Positions 39,813-48,744 of a stretch of 58,387 bases of DNA are shown one piece after another. Both the position numbers and the translations under genes were made by a program. How positions within the stretch are numbered: position 1 is the stretch's first letter; the number at the start of each line of letters is the position of its first letter. The notes under the pieces are model-generated. The model was not told the origin of the DNA. It saw only the letters and a list, made by a program, of their open reading frames with translations, and ran no database searches. The stretch comes from Klebsiella phage YMC16/01/N133_KPN_BP, in sequence record MF476925.1; one strand, written 5' to 3'.

Positions 39813-40324
39813 AATAAGCTCCAGTCAGTATCGATCTTATCACCGTACAGCTCGCACAATCGGCTGAAGGTGTCCCAGCAATGTATTACCCGCACTCCTT
39901 CGCCTTCGGCATACCTCAGACAGTTTGCTGTGCCGGCGTCGGTGCCGTCCCATAGGGAGAGGATGACGCCAGAGTAGTCGACCATCCACATGTTCCGGGT
40001 CTGCATCTTTACCGCGCTGTACCCGCCAGGGCTGACAACCTCGACCCGGTTAGCCCGACGCAGTATCCTCCGGTACCGCAGCTGGTCGTGGTCCCGCCAT
40101 CGAGCCTCCTGGCCGCGGAAAGGTATCGCCGCCGTCAACGGGATACCGTCCTCCAGAGCCACCAGCGCCAGCGCCGTATCCCAGCCCAGCGCAAGGCCGC
40201 TTACAAGTTCACTGGTACCCGCAGGGAGCATGAGGCGCACGGTGCGCTTCATCACGTCCATCATCAGCGGGTGGTAGCCGAGAGGGAGCTTGTCTGGGCG
40301 GTGCCCGGTTCCCGCAACAATCAC
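39809..40324 (-). CDS. SLOG-superfamily protein, YpsA/DUF1273-like
   Basis: 171 aa. N-terminal VAGTGHRPDKLPLG compared with YpsA ITGYKPFELG. Then LVSGLALGWDTALA and AAIPF...W, as in YpsA family members. Confidence 0.5.
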   Translation of the reverse strand: MIVAGTGHRPDKLPLGYHPLMMDVMKRTVRLMLPAGTSELVSGLALGWDTALALVALEDGIPLTAAIPFRGQEARWRDHDQLRYRRILRRANRVEVVSPGGYSAVKMQTRNMWMVDYSGVILSLWDGTDAGTANCLRYAEGEGVRVIHCWDTFSRLCELYGDKIDTDWSLL

Positions 40325-40515
40325 GCTATCTCCCCCTCATAGATTGCGTCCCAGGTCTGCTGCTCACCCTTGTGCATCGCTTCGATCGTATTACCACAAC
40401 GCGGGCACTTAGCCGCGGTAACAGAACCCCGGAAGGCAATGCGCAGCGGGAATATTTGTTTTAGAGACTTTTGGTTGAGTTCAAACACTTCGCCACAAGC
40501 GTCGCACGTCTTCAT
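40321..40515 (-). CDS. Zinc-ribbon protein (CxxC...CxxC)
   Basis: 64 aa from MKTCDACGEVF...AAKCPRCGN. ATGA-coupled to the upstream ORF. Confidence 0.45.
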   Translation of the reverse strand: MKTCDACGEVFELNQKSLKQIFPLRIAFRGSVTAAKCPRCGNTIEAMHKGEQQTWDAIYEGEIA

Positions 40516-40805
40516 GCCGGCCATCGGGTATCCCCTCTCGCGACTTTCAGCACGTTGCGCCAGTCCTTCAGGCTGAGGTGCTGCATCATATCGCTGGCCT
40601 TCATCCACGAAGAGCCGATGATCGACCCGGCGGCGCCACGTATCATCAACCGGTAGGTATTCGAGTGGTTGTTCCGCCAGGTCTCCAGCCACACGTAGCC
40701 CGGGTCGTCCCAGTCGACGTTGTGGCGGATATTCAGGTTTTTGACCTTCCGGTACAGGTCCGCAGGTTTAATCGCCTTCCGTGGCTCCTGCTGGCGCAGC
40801 TTCAT
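40512..40805 (-). CDS. Hypothetical protein
   Basis: 97 aa. Confidence 0.4.
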   Translation of the reverse strand: MKLRQQEPRKAIKPADLYRKVKNLNIRHNVDWDDPGYVWLETWRNNHSNTYRLMIRGAAGSIIGSSWMKASDMMQHLSLKDWRNVLKVARGDTRWPA

Positions 40806-40964
40806 CTATCGCCGGGCGCCGTTCGGCGACCGGGCATAACGGCTGGTGATCATCCGCAGGCCGGCCCACATGACAACCCGGCGAGCCCAGCGCGGTGTTT
40901 TGGGGTGAATGGCTACGCGCAGCAGCAATAGACGGAATTTGTGTACCTTAAACATCTCGGGTCC

Positions 40965-41159
40965 TTACCTGTCCTTCGACAGGCGCTTAGGGGAACAGTA
41001 GGCGATGATCGTGGTGTCCGACCCCACCTGGAGCTGCAGGCGCGTGTTGTACGCCTTCCGGGCGGCCGCTTCGCACGCCTCGACGGTGTAGAAGGTCTCG
41101 GTCACCGGTCTTTCCAGCACGCCGGCGGACAATACCCAGATGAACAGGATGCTGGTCAT
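40965..41159 (-). CDS. Small secreted/lipoprotein-like protein
   Basis: 64 aa from the internal Met. N-terminal signal-like MTSILFIWVLSAGV. ATGA-coupled. Confidence 0.4.
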   Translation of the reverse strand: MTSILFIWVLSAGVLERPVTETFYTVEACEAAARKAYNTRLQLQVGSDTTIIAYCSPKRLSKDR

Positions 41160-41455
41160 GACGGCGTCACCACGCGTGGAGGTACCGGTCCGTAGATAGG
41201 GCCCACCAGAGTCCAGCCGGCGATCGGCAGATCGCTTATCGAGTAGGTGACACACCCGCTCTCCGTTACAAACATGTAGCCGAGAAGCAGCAGGTTATCC
41301 GCAACAGAGGGCTTGCGGGTTTTGATATCGTACAGCTCGCGAATGGCATTACGGACCAGAGTCGGCGGGTGGAACGTGAACTCGTGCCCCTCAGACGTAT
41401 TCAGGTAGTCAGCCAGCTGCTCGACGGGCACTGGCTGGTATTCATATCGATCCAC
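41156..41455 (-). CDS. Hypothetical protein
   Basis: 99 aa. Confidence 0.4.
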   Translation of the reverse strand: MDRYEYQPVPVEQLADYLNTSEGHEFTFHPPTLVRNAIRELYDIKTRKPSVADNLLLLGYMFVTESGCVTYSISDLPIAGWTLVGPIYGPVPPRVVTPS

Positions 41456-41482
41456 ATAAAGTCCTTAGACCGGGATGACCGG

Positions 41483-41815
41483 TCATAGAAATAGCTTGCA
41501 AAAGTTACGGAGAGCTTCGACCTCATCAGGGGTAACCCTGAATCCGGGTTTACTCGGCGGCCAGAATACACCGCGTCTTCCTGATTTAGGCCAATCCCAT
41601 TCGAAGCGGCACTCACGCCGGTGGAATCTGACAAAGTAGAGAGCATTCAGTTGGCCAACAACGCCTCCCCACGAGCGCCCCAGAAGGTAGCAAATTCTCT
41701 CTATGCTATCACCACGGCGGACCGCTTTAATCAGGTATCTTTTCTCTTCATCACTCCAGCGTAAGCCCTCTCGCGGTGCTGGTGCTGACACTGAGATAAA
41801 CAGCTTATCGTCCAT
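41483..41815 (-). CDS. Hypothetical protein (start at the internal Met MDDKLF)
   Basis: 110 aa. The longer ORF-track N-terminus is low-complexity and unlikely to be translated. Confidence 0.35.
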   Translation of the reverse strand: MDDKLFISVSAPAPREGLRWSDEEKRYLIKAVRRGDSIERICYLLGRSWGGVVGQLNALYFVRFHRRECRFEWDWPKSGRRGVFWPPSKPGFRVTPDEVEALRNFCKLFL

Positions 41816-41819
41816 AACT

Positions 41820-42101
41820 TCACCCGAAAAACCAGTACCAGGCGCAGAAGGAGCCCACGGCTGCCAAGACGAGGGCGATGACACTGCCCATGAGTACGAG
41901 CTGGACGAACGGATCGCCGCCGCGCATATCCTCGACGTCGCGGAGGAACTGCTCTTCGCCAGCCTGGCGCCCGTCTTCCCATGCTTCGGCCTTCCGTTCG
42001 TCCACACGCCCGTCGCGCTGGGCGTAGGGATTCTCTTCAGGGCGGAGGCCGGCCTCTCCGGCCAGATAGCCGCGGTGCCACACAAAATCAGGTTTGCTCA
42101 T
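41820..42101 (-). CDS. Ribosome modulation factor (Rmf)-like motif protein with C-terminal TM anchor
   Basis: 93 aa. WHRGYLAGEAGLRPEENPYAQ compared with E. coli Rmf HQRGYQAGIAGRSKEMCPYQ. C-terminal VQLVLMGSVIALVLAAVGSFCAWYWFF. Confidence 0.4.
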   Translation of the reverse strand: MSKPDFVWHRGYLAGEAGLRPEENPYAQRDGRVDERKAEAWEDGRQAGEEQFLRDVEDMRGGDPFVQLVLMGSVIALVLAAVGSFCAWYWFFG

Positions 42102-42108
42102 AATGACC

Positions 42109-42351
42109 TCAGTATGAAAAGGCTAACACGGCCGGTACGATCGCGTAGTCCGCGAGGATGCGCTTCGTTTCTTCCGGCAACTGGTCGATCTCCTTCCGGT
42201 CCAGCCAGGACTCCGCCTGGCGCGGGTCGTCCACCAGCTCGGCATACTTCTCCAGCCTGCCGTTGCTGACCCGGGTAGATAGTTTGACGTACTTGCCGGA
42301 TGACTGGTCCTTGACCAGCAGGACCGTCATCTGAAGGTTGAAACTGGTCAT
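42109..42351 (-). CDS. Hypothetical protein
   Basis: 80 aa from the internal Met (GAGGGA Shine-Dalgarno). ATGA-coupled. Confidence 0.35.
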   Translation of the reverse strand: MTSFNLQMTVLLVKDQSSGKYVKLSTRVSNGRLEKYAELVDDPRQAESWLDRKEIDQLPEETKRILADYAIVPAVLAFSY

Positions 42352-42548
42352 ACGGCGTCCCTCGCATCTGGAGCGATGTCCATCTGTGCGTTGAGTAAAC
42401 ATTTCAGCCGACGACGAGCGTCTTTGGCATTCCGCTCTATTACAGGGCGGTCGGCGGGGTCCTGAGAACCGCTCCAGGACAAGTCTATCTCGGCAGCGAC
42501 GAGCTCTGAGATGGCTTCGTTGATCGCCTTACGTTCTTTGACGTTCAT
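42348..42548 (-). CDS. Hypothetical protein
   Basis: 66 aa. Confidence 0.4.
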   Translation of the reverse strand: MNVKERKAINEAISELVAAEIDLSWSGSQDPADRPVIERNAKDARRRLKCLLNAQMDIAPDARDAV

Positions 42549-42557
42549 TTTGGTTCC

Positions 42558-42878
42558 TTAGCGCCCGATAGCGCCGCGACGACGTTCAAGTTTAGCCTTG
42601 CGCTTAGCAGCCTTACGGGCGTCTACCGCGCGGTTGTGGATCTCGATGTCACGCTGCTGACGCCGGCGAGCCATTAGTACCGCTTGCTCGCTTTGCAGCT
42701 TCGCGTAGTCCTTATTCAGGACGTCGTTAGCCTGAGCCAGCTGTTCATCGCTCATCTGGGTTGACTGGTAAGCACCGACGTTGAACCGCAGCAGGTTAAC
42801 TGTATTTTGGACGCTGGTGACCATTGAATGCCGTTGCACCAGATGGACAAATTCTGTTATCAGTTCTTCACGTTCCAC
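42558..42878 (-). CDS. Hypothetical coiled-coil protein
   Basis: 106 aa. Lys/Arg-rich C-terminus. Confidence 0.4.
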   Translation of the reverse strand: MEREELITEFVHLVQRHSMVTSVQNTVNLLRFNVGAYQSTQMSDEQLAQANDVLNKDYAKLQSEQAVLMARRRQQRDIEIHNRAVDARKAAKRKAKLERRRGAIGR

Positions 42879-42940
42879 GTTGTTTCCTTAGCCCTGACAG
42901 GCGTGTTTGGTTTTCATCATTGATACTACCACCAGCGGAA

Positions 42941-43010
42941 TAATATTCAACCTTTAGTTGAGTGAATTTACACTGGGCATGAAAAAGCCCCGGTGAAGGG
43001 GCTTTGGGTT
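42941..43010 (-). promoter_or_regulatory. Repeated about-70-bp cassette (copy 1): minus-strand Rho-independent terminator (GCCCCTTCACCGGGGCTTTTT), then a TTGAAT-N16-TAGTAT sigma70-like promoter, containing palindrome ATTCAAC-CTTTA-GTTGAGT
   Basis: Nearly identical copy at 44955-45025. Confidence 0.5.
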
Positions 43011-43341
43011 AATCGTCTTGTTTGACGCAGATCACGTAGAAGTCGGGCCACCGGTAGATCCGTCCTTCGCTCCAGGGCCGCTCACTGAGCGAATAGCTGA
43101 GGCGCAGTTTCCCGGGGCGGCTGGTGGATTCCCGCACCCCGGTAATAGGGCGCACGGCCCCCAGCGTCTGCCAGTCCATACGCCCGATCATGATGTCGCC
43201 CGGCTTCACGTCGCGCAGGCGCTTCATCACGAGCCGGGGCTTCAGGTGCTTCGGTGCAGAAGCCACCCGCTGACCGGGGAAGAAGCTGGGCATACGCGGC
43301 GAGTTCTTCAGGATGATGATCTTATCCAGCTCTGTGCTCAT
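43009..43341 (-). CDS. Hypothetical protein (possible PUA/ASCH-like fold)
   Basis: 110 aa. Fold guess is weak. Confidence 0.3.
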   Translation of the reverse strand: MSTELDKIIILKNSPRMPSFFPGQRVASAPKHLKPRLVMKRLRDVKPGDIMIGRMDWQTLGAVRPITGVRESTSRPGKLRLSYSLSERPWSEGRIYRWPDFYVICVKQDD

Positions 43342-43546
43342 ACAACCTCCGGATCAATTCTCCGAGGGCCTTAACTGCAGAGTAAATCCACTCCGACAGA
43401 GCGAATGGCAGTATGAAAGGCCAGGCGAACGTGAACAGCACGACGTCAGTCCGGTCAAAGGGGCACTTACCCAGGCCACTAATCAGGCCCGCTAATGCGG
43501 GGATGCAGATGAGTCCAGCCAGGTACACCAGCAGGAAGGTAGTCAT
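43322..43546 (-). CDS. Small membrane protein
   Basis: 74 aa. Two TM segments. Confidence 0.4.
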   Translation of the reverse strand: MTTFLLVYLAGLICIPALAGLISGLGKCPFDRTDVVLFTFAWPFILPFALSEWIYSAVKALGELIRRLYEHRAG

Positions 43547-44895
43547 ACGGATTTACCCCCGGCGGCTTTACGGTTCTCGATGCGGTGGTCTTCGCGGCTC
43601 ATGTTGTAGGCCAGCTTCTCCACGATAGCGCCTGCCACGTCCATGTTCAGGCCCCCGGCCAGGTCCATGATGCGGATGACGGCGTCTGCCAGCTCGACTT
43701 CCAGCATCCCCCGGTGAGGAATTTTGTCGTCTTTCAGCCCTTTGCGATGACCTTCCATCGCCTCGGCGACTTCGGTCACGATGAGCATCAGCTTCGCGGA
43801 GACCCAGTTATCGAGGTGCTTCTTCGGCCAGTTGCGGACGTCTTCCCCTGTCTCCAGGTCTGTCCACCACCCGGCGTTGTTAGCCAGGCCGTAGCAGACG
43901 TCCTGCAGCACCAGCAGGCGCTTGACGACGTCGAGGCGCGCCGGTTCAACGACATCAGCCAGCTTATCGACTGCGTCTTTCCAGCGCCGGATAGCCGCAG
44001 GGTCCGTTAATGGGTCCGGGGTATTGTCGTTGGCCGGCTCTACGGCACACGGTTTGCCGTCCAGCAGCTGTGACTCCGCGCGTCCGCAGTGGCGGCACTG
44101 GTCCAGCACGACTTCCCCGTTGCGGTCTTTGATCTGCTCCGGCGCATCAGCGTCACCGGTGCTATAGAGTTCGTGGCTCGGGTGGCACGGCTTCGCGTTG
44201 TAGGGGTCGTACTCCGCCTCCTGAGCAGGGGCGCTGTAGGAGGCGAGTTCATTATTGGCCTTAATCAGGGCTGCGATATCAGTCGTGCAACCATTATTGA
44301 TAATGCGCACTGGGGCTGCAAACGTCGCAAATTCCCGATGCGACTTTTGGACGGTCAAAGCGAGATTAAATACCGCGGACGCCAGCTTATCGATCAGCGC
44401 GGAGCTTTCGCAGTGGGTGAAGGCTTTTGGCGCCCGGGCCATCACTGCGGCGCAGGAAGTCTTTATCTCCAGGATGTCTTTGTCGAATTCGCGGCTAACC
44501 TGTTCAGCTTCAGTGGGAAGCTCACCGTCCATAATTTGTACCAGTCGGGTACCGGGAAACGCCGTCTGCACGTTTAACGGTGTTGCGCCAGCAGACATAC
44601 GACGGTAGTCACCGAGGATGTCGAGCACCTGCTGCACAGGAGAGCGGCCGCCGGACTCCCTGACCATCTCAGCGTCACTCAGATACTTCCAGACTTCGCG
44701 CCATGCGGATGCCTGATCGAGGGTAGATGCTTTGCCGTCACACACGGAGATCAGGGCTTTCGCCAGGTCAATTACCGCCGAAGCTCTCTCCCCGTGTTTG
44801 TATCCGTGCTCGCGGATAAGTCTAATTGCTGCGCCGGACTCTAGGGGTGACAGATCTGCTAATTTTTTGGCGAGTTCGAAAATATTCTTGTCCAT
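43543..44895 (-). CDS. Large protein with C-terminal MazG-like nucleotide pyrophosphohydrolase domain and central Cys cluster
   Basis: About 450 aa from MDKNIFEL (AGGAGA Shine-Dalgarno). C-terminal LIVTEVAEAMEGHRKG...EVELADAVIRIMDLAGGL fits the MazG EExxE/D helices. Confidence 0.45.
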   Translation of the reverse strand: MDKNIFELAKKLADLSPLESGAAIRLIREHGYKHGERASAVIDLAKALISVCDGKASTLDQASAWREVWKYLSDAEMVRESGGRSPVQQVLDILGDYRRMSAGATPLNVQTAFPGTRLVQIMDGELPTEAEQVSREFDKDILEIKTSCAAVMARAPKAFTHCESSALIDKLASAVFNLALTVQKSHREFATFAAPVRIINNGCTTDIAALIKANNELASYSAPAQEAEYDPYNAKPCHPSHELYSTGDADAPEQIKDRNGEVVLDQCRHCGRAESQLLDGKPCAVEPANDNTPDPLTDPAAIRRWKDAVDKLADVVEPARLDVVKRLLVLQDVCYGLANNAGWWTDLETGEDVRNWPKKHLDNWVSAKLMLIVTEVAEAMEGHRKGLKDDKIPHRGMLEVELADAVIRIMDLAGGLNMDVAGAIVEKLAYNMSREDHRIENRKAAGGKSV

Positions 44896-44954
44896 ACGTT
44901 CTCCTGATTGAAAAGTGATTTGACTACGGGATTGAGCATACCACTTCCGGGAGA

Positions 44955-45025
44955 ACATTCAACCTTTAGTTGAGTAATTTTTACCTGGGCATGAAAAAGC
45001 CCCGGCTGTCGGGGCTTCGGGTCAG
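44955..45025 (-). promoter_or_regulatory. Repeated cassette (copy 2): terminator (GCCCCGACAGCCGGGGCTTTTT) then TTGAAT-N16-TATGCT promoter with ATTCAAC-CTTTA-GTTGAGT
   Basis: See copy 1. Confidence 0.5.
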
Positions 45026-45189
45026 GCGTAGTAGGCTGCTGCGAAAACGAGGATGATTAGCATCCAGCAGACCGCTTGCAGGTACCATCGCAGTGTGTCC
45101 GGGTCCATCGGCGGCCGCTCGATGACTGGCCGGGTCTTCGGGTACTTGTGCTTATGGCGATACTTCCGCCGGCCGTTGAACTTACTCAT
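45022..45189 (-). CDS. Small basic membrane protein
   Basis: 55 aa from MSKFNGRRKYRHK. C-terminal TM. ATGA-coupled. Confidence 0.35.
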   Translation of the reverse strand: MSKFNGRRKYRHKHKYPKTRPVIERPPMDPDTLRWYLQAVCWMLIILVFAAAYYA

Positions 45190-45647
45190 TTTTCGTGGTC
45201 CCCCGGATTGTCGTAGTGACGCACAACGTGGCACGTGAGGCCCAGCGACCGGATGTGCTTCGCCACTCGGAGGTTGTCTTCGAAGCAGCACAGGATACGG
45301 TCGAAGCCAATGCGACGCAGCCAGGATTCTTTGAACGCAGTGTCCGGGCGGTGGTCACCCGTCGGCCGCATAATCAGGTCGTAGTAAGGTACCTCGTGAC
45401 GCTCCAGCCAGTCGTAGGTCTCCCAGTGTGCGACATTGCAGCAACTGGTCAGAATGATGATGCTGTGCGTTTGGCTAAGCGACCGCAGCAGACGGATGTT
45501 ATCCATGATCGGCGCATCTTTGCCGCACGCCAGGTTGAAGGCGTCCCAGCTCTCGGTGCGGTCCAGATTCTCTTTCGGCACCAGATGTAACCGGTGGGCC
45601 CCGTCGCGCAGTGTGCCGTCTAAATCAAAAACGATAATGTCTTTCAT
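45186..45647 (-). CDS. HAD-superfamily phosphatase (5'(3')-deoxyribonucleotidase/Pnkp-phosphatase-like)
   Basis: 153 aa. N-terminal FDLDGTL motif I and downstream HAD motifs. Confidence 0.55.
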   Translation of the reverse strand: MKDIIVFDLDGTLRDGAHRLHLVPKENLDRTESWDAFNLACGKDAPIMDNIRLLRSLSQTHSIIILTSCCNVAHWETYDWLERHEVPYYDLIMRPTGDHRPDTAFKESWLRRIGFDRILCCFEDNLRVAKHIRSLGLTCHVVRHYDNPGDHEK

Positions 45648-45655
45648 GGAATTCC

Positions 45656-45997
45656 TTAGTCTTCGTCGTCATCGAGATCCGGCAGCAGGTCTACGGCGCC
45701 CTGGTGCTGCGCCAGCAGTTTCTCCCAGTGCTCGGTGTGCACCCGGAACTGGCGCTTCTTCCACCACATGCAGATGGTCTTTGGTATCCACATCTGGCTG
45801 CCGTCTTCCAGGGTGACCAGCAGCGCCTGCGCGGTCAGCTCCAGGTCCTGGGTGGACGTCACGTTCTGCCACACGTCTTCACGAGCATACTGGGCGTCCC
45901 AGTAGTCGTAATGCCGGCGGACATTGATGTTCTCAACTGGCCGGGGGCGGCCGTTGATAATCCGGTTGATCTGCTCGTCTGCGTATTCGCCCATCAT
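45656..45997 (-). CDS. Hypothetical acidic protein (ends ...LLPDLDDDED)
   Basis: About 113 aa from the internal MMGEY start (GGGAGGA Shine-Dalgarno). Confidence 0.35.
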   Translation of the reverse strand: MMGEYADEQINRIINGRPRPVENINVRRHYDYWDAQYAREDVWQNVTSTQDLELTAQALLVTLEDGSQMWIPKTICMWWKKRQFRVHTEHWEKLLAQHQGAVDLLPDLDDDED

Positions 45998-46073
45998 TCC
46001 TCCCAGTGGAAGAAGAACCAGATAAGGCCGACGACAATCGCCGCGGCCCCCAGTAACCATTCGGCGGTGTACA

Positions 46074-46652
46074 TCATCCGATGGTCCCACACTTGCCGCA
46101 GACGGTGCCGAGCGCCCGCCCATCCTGGTCGGTGTGCACCAGCCAGTCGTGCTCGCAGCCTTTCGGATCAGCGAGAATACGGGCCTTTGGGCCTCCGTCG
46201 TACTCCTGCAGGATCGCCTGCAGCTTCGTCTTCAGCACCCGGGAGATGTGATAGGCCGAGCCATTGCGGAACCAACTATCCAGAATCGCCAGCGCCTCAG
46301 CATCGAGGCCCGTGAATCCATTCACCTGGATGTAGACGTCCATATCCGTTGCACACGGCTTGAGAAGCGGGTCACCTCCGCAGACCCACGTCAGGCCAGA
46401 GACCTTGCGAACCGCCACTACGCTGTTCAATAGCGGAGGCAGGTCGTGTTTACGGGCTATCTCGGCGCGCAGCTCGACAATGTGCAGCGCCTTCTCAATG
46501 TCCTGACGACCGTTCTTCTGGCGGTGACGCGATACATACTTCAGGATGCTGGACGTGGCGAAGTCGTACATCTGCGTCATCGCAAATTCCATCGGCTGGA
46601 TCGGCATCTCACTGTAATGCGTACCGCCGACCTGCGTGTTTAATGCACTCAT
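46074..46652 (-). CDS. DUF3310 / T7 gp1.7-like nucleotide kinase domain protein with C-terminal zinc ribbon
   Basis: 192 aa. GGTHYSEMPIQPMEFA...SSILKYVSRHRQK compared with T7 gp1.7 KPSHYMLFDDIEAIEV...GNILKYRLRAGKK. Confidence 0.45.
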   Translation of the reverse strand: MSALNTQVGGTHYSEMPIQPMEFAMTQMYDFATSSILKYVSRHRQKNGRQDIEKALHIVELRAEIARKHDLPPLLNSVVAVRKVSGLTWVCGGDPLLKPCATDMDVYIQVNGFTGLDAEALAILDSWFRNGSAYHISRVLKTKLQAILQEYDGGPKARILADPKGCEHDWLVHTDQDGRALGTVCGKCGTIG

Positions 46653-46990
46653 GAGTCCTCCGATAAACGGGCAAGTTCTTCCAGGTCAGCGCGCTCGATA
46701 AGTTTGCCGCGCATCTCCTTTTCGAGTTTGTTTTCCATCTTCTCCAGGCAGCTCTTCAGCATCCGCAAGCCGGTCTCAGGGAACGGGCTGGTGGAGATGC
46801 CGTCGAGGGTGGCCCGGAGGCTTTTGTTCGCCGCACGCGGCGCGATAGCCCGCGCGCAGTGGCGCAGGGCTACCGGTACGCTGCGCTTGTCCAGCTGGGC
46901 TTCCTTGCGCGCCAGCTCCAGCGTCCAGATGGCATCCGGGAATTCGGCGTACTTCGACGCCATGATCAGGTCCATTGGCACAAAGCTCAT
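46649..46990 (-). CDS. Hypothetical protein
   Basis: 113 aa from the internal Met (GGGAGG Shine-Dalgarno). Confidence 0.35.
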   Translation of the reverse strand: MSFVPMDLIMASKYAEFPDAIWTLELARKEAQLDKRSVPVALRHCARAIAPRAANKSLRATLDGISTSPFPETGLRMLKSCLEKMENKLEKEMRGKLIERADLEELARLSEDS

Positions 46991-47097
46991 CCCTGACCTC
47001 CCGGTATCACGCAGGTCCACACTGCCAGCAGGCCAAGCGCCAGAGCGCCGGCCATCCACGCCAGGGTGATCAGCATCTCGCGTTTCTGGTTCGGCAT
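46987..47097 (-). CDS. Unannotated 36-aa membrane peptide (MPNQKREMLITLAWMAGALALGLLAVWTCVIPGGQG)
   Basis: ATGA-coupled on both sides. One TM helix. Confidence 0.3.
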   Translation of the reverse strand: MPNQKREMLITLAWMAGALALGLLAVWTCVIPGGQG

Positions 47098-47291
47098 CAC
47101 AGGTCCTCCACCGGTGCGCTGTAACGCCATTTGCAGATGGCGCGCTCGGAACGCGGGCTGCTCTGTCCCCGCCGTTTGCAGTCAGGGCACTCAACGTAGT
47201 AACGGACGCCGCCGGCGCCCACCGTTTGCTTCACTTCCGCGTCGCCCCCGCAGGGGCAAACGAGTAATGGTTTGAGGTTGGCTGGCATCAT
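47097..47291 (-). CDS. Lar-family restriction-alleviation-like zinc-finger protein
   Basis: 64 aa. LKPLLVCPCGG...YYVECPDCKRRG resembles the Lar/Rac restriction alleviation proteins (CPFCGG...C..C). Confidence 0.4.
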   Translation of the reverse strand: MMPANLKPLLVCPCGGDAEVKQTVGAGGVRYYVECPDCKRRGQSSPRSERAICKWRYSAPVEDL

Positions 47292-48358
47292 CAGATCAGG
47301 TCCTCATCTTCGACGTCGCCAGTAAGTGACTTCGGCTCGTCCAGCTCTTCGCCGTTGACGTGGCTGATCTTCCAGCCCTTCAGCGCGTCTACCATCGACT
47401 GCACTTCGTCGTCGCTCATGTCGCGCAGCGCTTCACCGCCCAGTGACACGACAACGCCGTCAACCAGCGAGTCCAGCGCATCCACGGTCAGCAGCAGAGT
47501 AGCCTTCGCCAGCGCGATACCGGATTCGTCTTCCGTGTCGGCGCCGGCGTCGTCCTGCGCCATGTCGATCAGCGCGTCAGGCCAGGATACCGATTTGAAT
47601 GCCAGGTTTTCGTTGAGGATGAAGCGCGTGCCGCCGTGCAGGTGGTCGTCGTAGTAGCCCAGCTCCAGCGACACGACCTGGTAGTCTTCGCTCAGCAGCT
47701 CGCTCAGGGTCGAAGAGTCGAGATCGACGCTTTTCCCAGAGAGCACCTGGGACCCCTCCAGCTTGCCCTTCGCAGTGAACGCTTCGCCCACTGACAGCTG
47801 CGACGGGACAACCGTGCCGGCTACCCAGTCCGTGAACTGCGTGACGACGGGCTTCTTCGCCGTCAGCGGCTGCACGGGTAACGAGCCGAGCACACGACGG
47901 ACCGCGCCCAGCACCAGCTCCGCCTTCTTCGCGCTGGTGGTTTCAACGTAGACCCAGCTGCCGCTGATCAGCACGTTCACGCGGCTGTAGTCGATCAGCG
48001 CGTTTTCCATCATCCCGATGATGACGTCGTTCTTCAGGCCCTGCTTCTCGTCCTTCGTGGGGACGCGGGCATACTTTTCTTCCCAGTCCTTCAGGCGCTT
48101 ATCCAGCTCGCGCTTGACGATCTTGTTCGGGACAATGCGCAGCGCGGTTTCCAGCGTCAGCGCGTACTTGTTCTTCGCCAGCACGGTCAGCAGCTCATCG
48201 TTGCCGTCGATGGTGGGCACGAAGCCTGAGCGTTGCATCTGAAAGGTGGCCGGATCGCCGGCAGGCAGCACAGCCAGGCGCTCGGGTAGTATGTCGAACG
48301 GTACCTTGTCTGCCTTCAGCAGCCGGTACACCAGAAAACTCTTGAATCCTGCTTTCAT
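47291..48358 (-). CDS. Recombination-associated protein RdgC-like with acidic tail ...DVEDEDLI
   Basis: 355 aa. N-terminal FKSFLVYRL compared with E. coli RdgC FKNLMVYRL, and similar domain length. Confidence 0.6.
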   Translation of the reverse strand: MKAGFKSFLVYRLLKADKVPFDILPERLAVLPAGDPATFQMQRSGFVPTIDGNDELLTVLAKNKYALTLETALRIVPNKIVKRELDKRLKDWEEKYARVPTKDEKQGLKNDVIIGMMENALIDYSRVNVLISGSWVYVETTSAKKAELVLGAVRRVLGSLPVQPLTAKKPVVTQFTDWVAGTVVPSQLSVGEAFTAKGKLEGSQVLSGKSVDLDSSTLSELLSEDYQVVSLELGYYDDHLHGGTRFILNENLAFKSVSWPDALIDMAQDDAGADTEDESGIALAKATLLLTVDALDSLVDGVVVSLGGEALRDMSDDEVQSMVDALKGWKISHVNGEELDEPKSLTGDVEDEDLI

Positions 48359-48744
48359 GACAGGGTCTCCTGCAGTCGTGATTATTTTTCCCGTTGAGCC
48401 GTCTCAACTGACGCAAGAATACTCAACAAAAGGTATGTTTCCCAAACGGATTTACTCAGCCAAATTTTTGGAACGAGCAAGGTTTTTGAAAATTCAGGGA
48501 TTTTTGCCGAACTACTGGGTACCCTTCCAGCGGTTTTCAGCGTGGCGCCACGGTGCTGCAGTTTGCGAAATCTTTTGCCCAACCGAAAATTACACGCTTT
48601 TTGAGGGGGTCGGGCGGGGTCGGGTATGGGGCGCAGGCCGCGCACGCGCCGCGCTGCCGGGCGTTCTCTGGTGACTGTATGCGACGGTACAGGGTCGAGG
48701 GTTGCGCCGCTCCTGACGCGTTACAGCGCGTTTTACGGCGCAGG

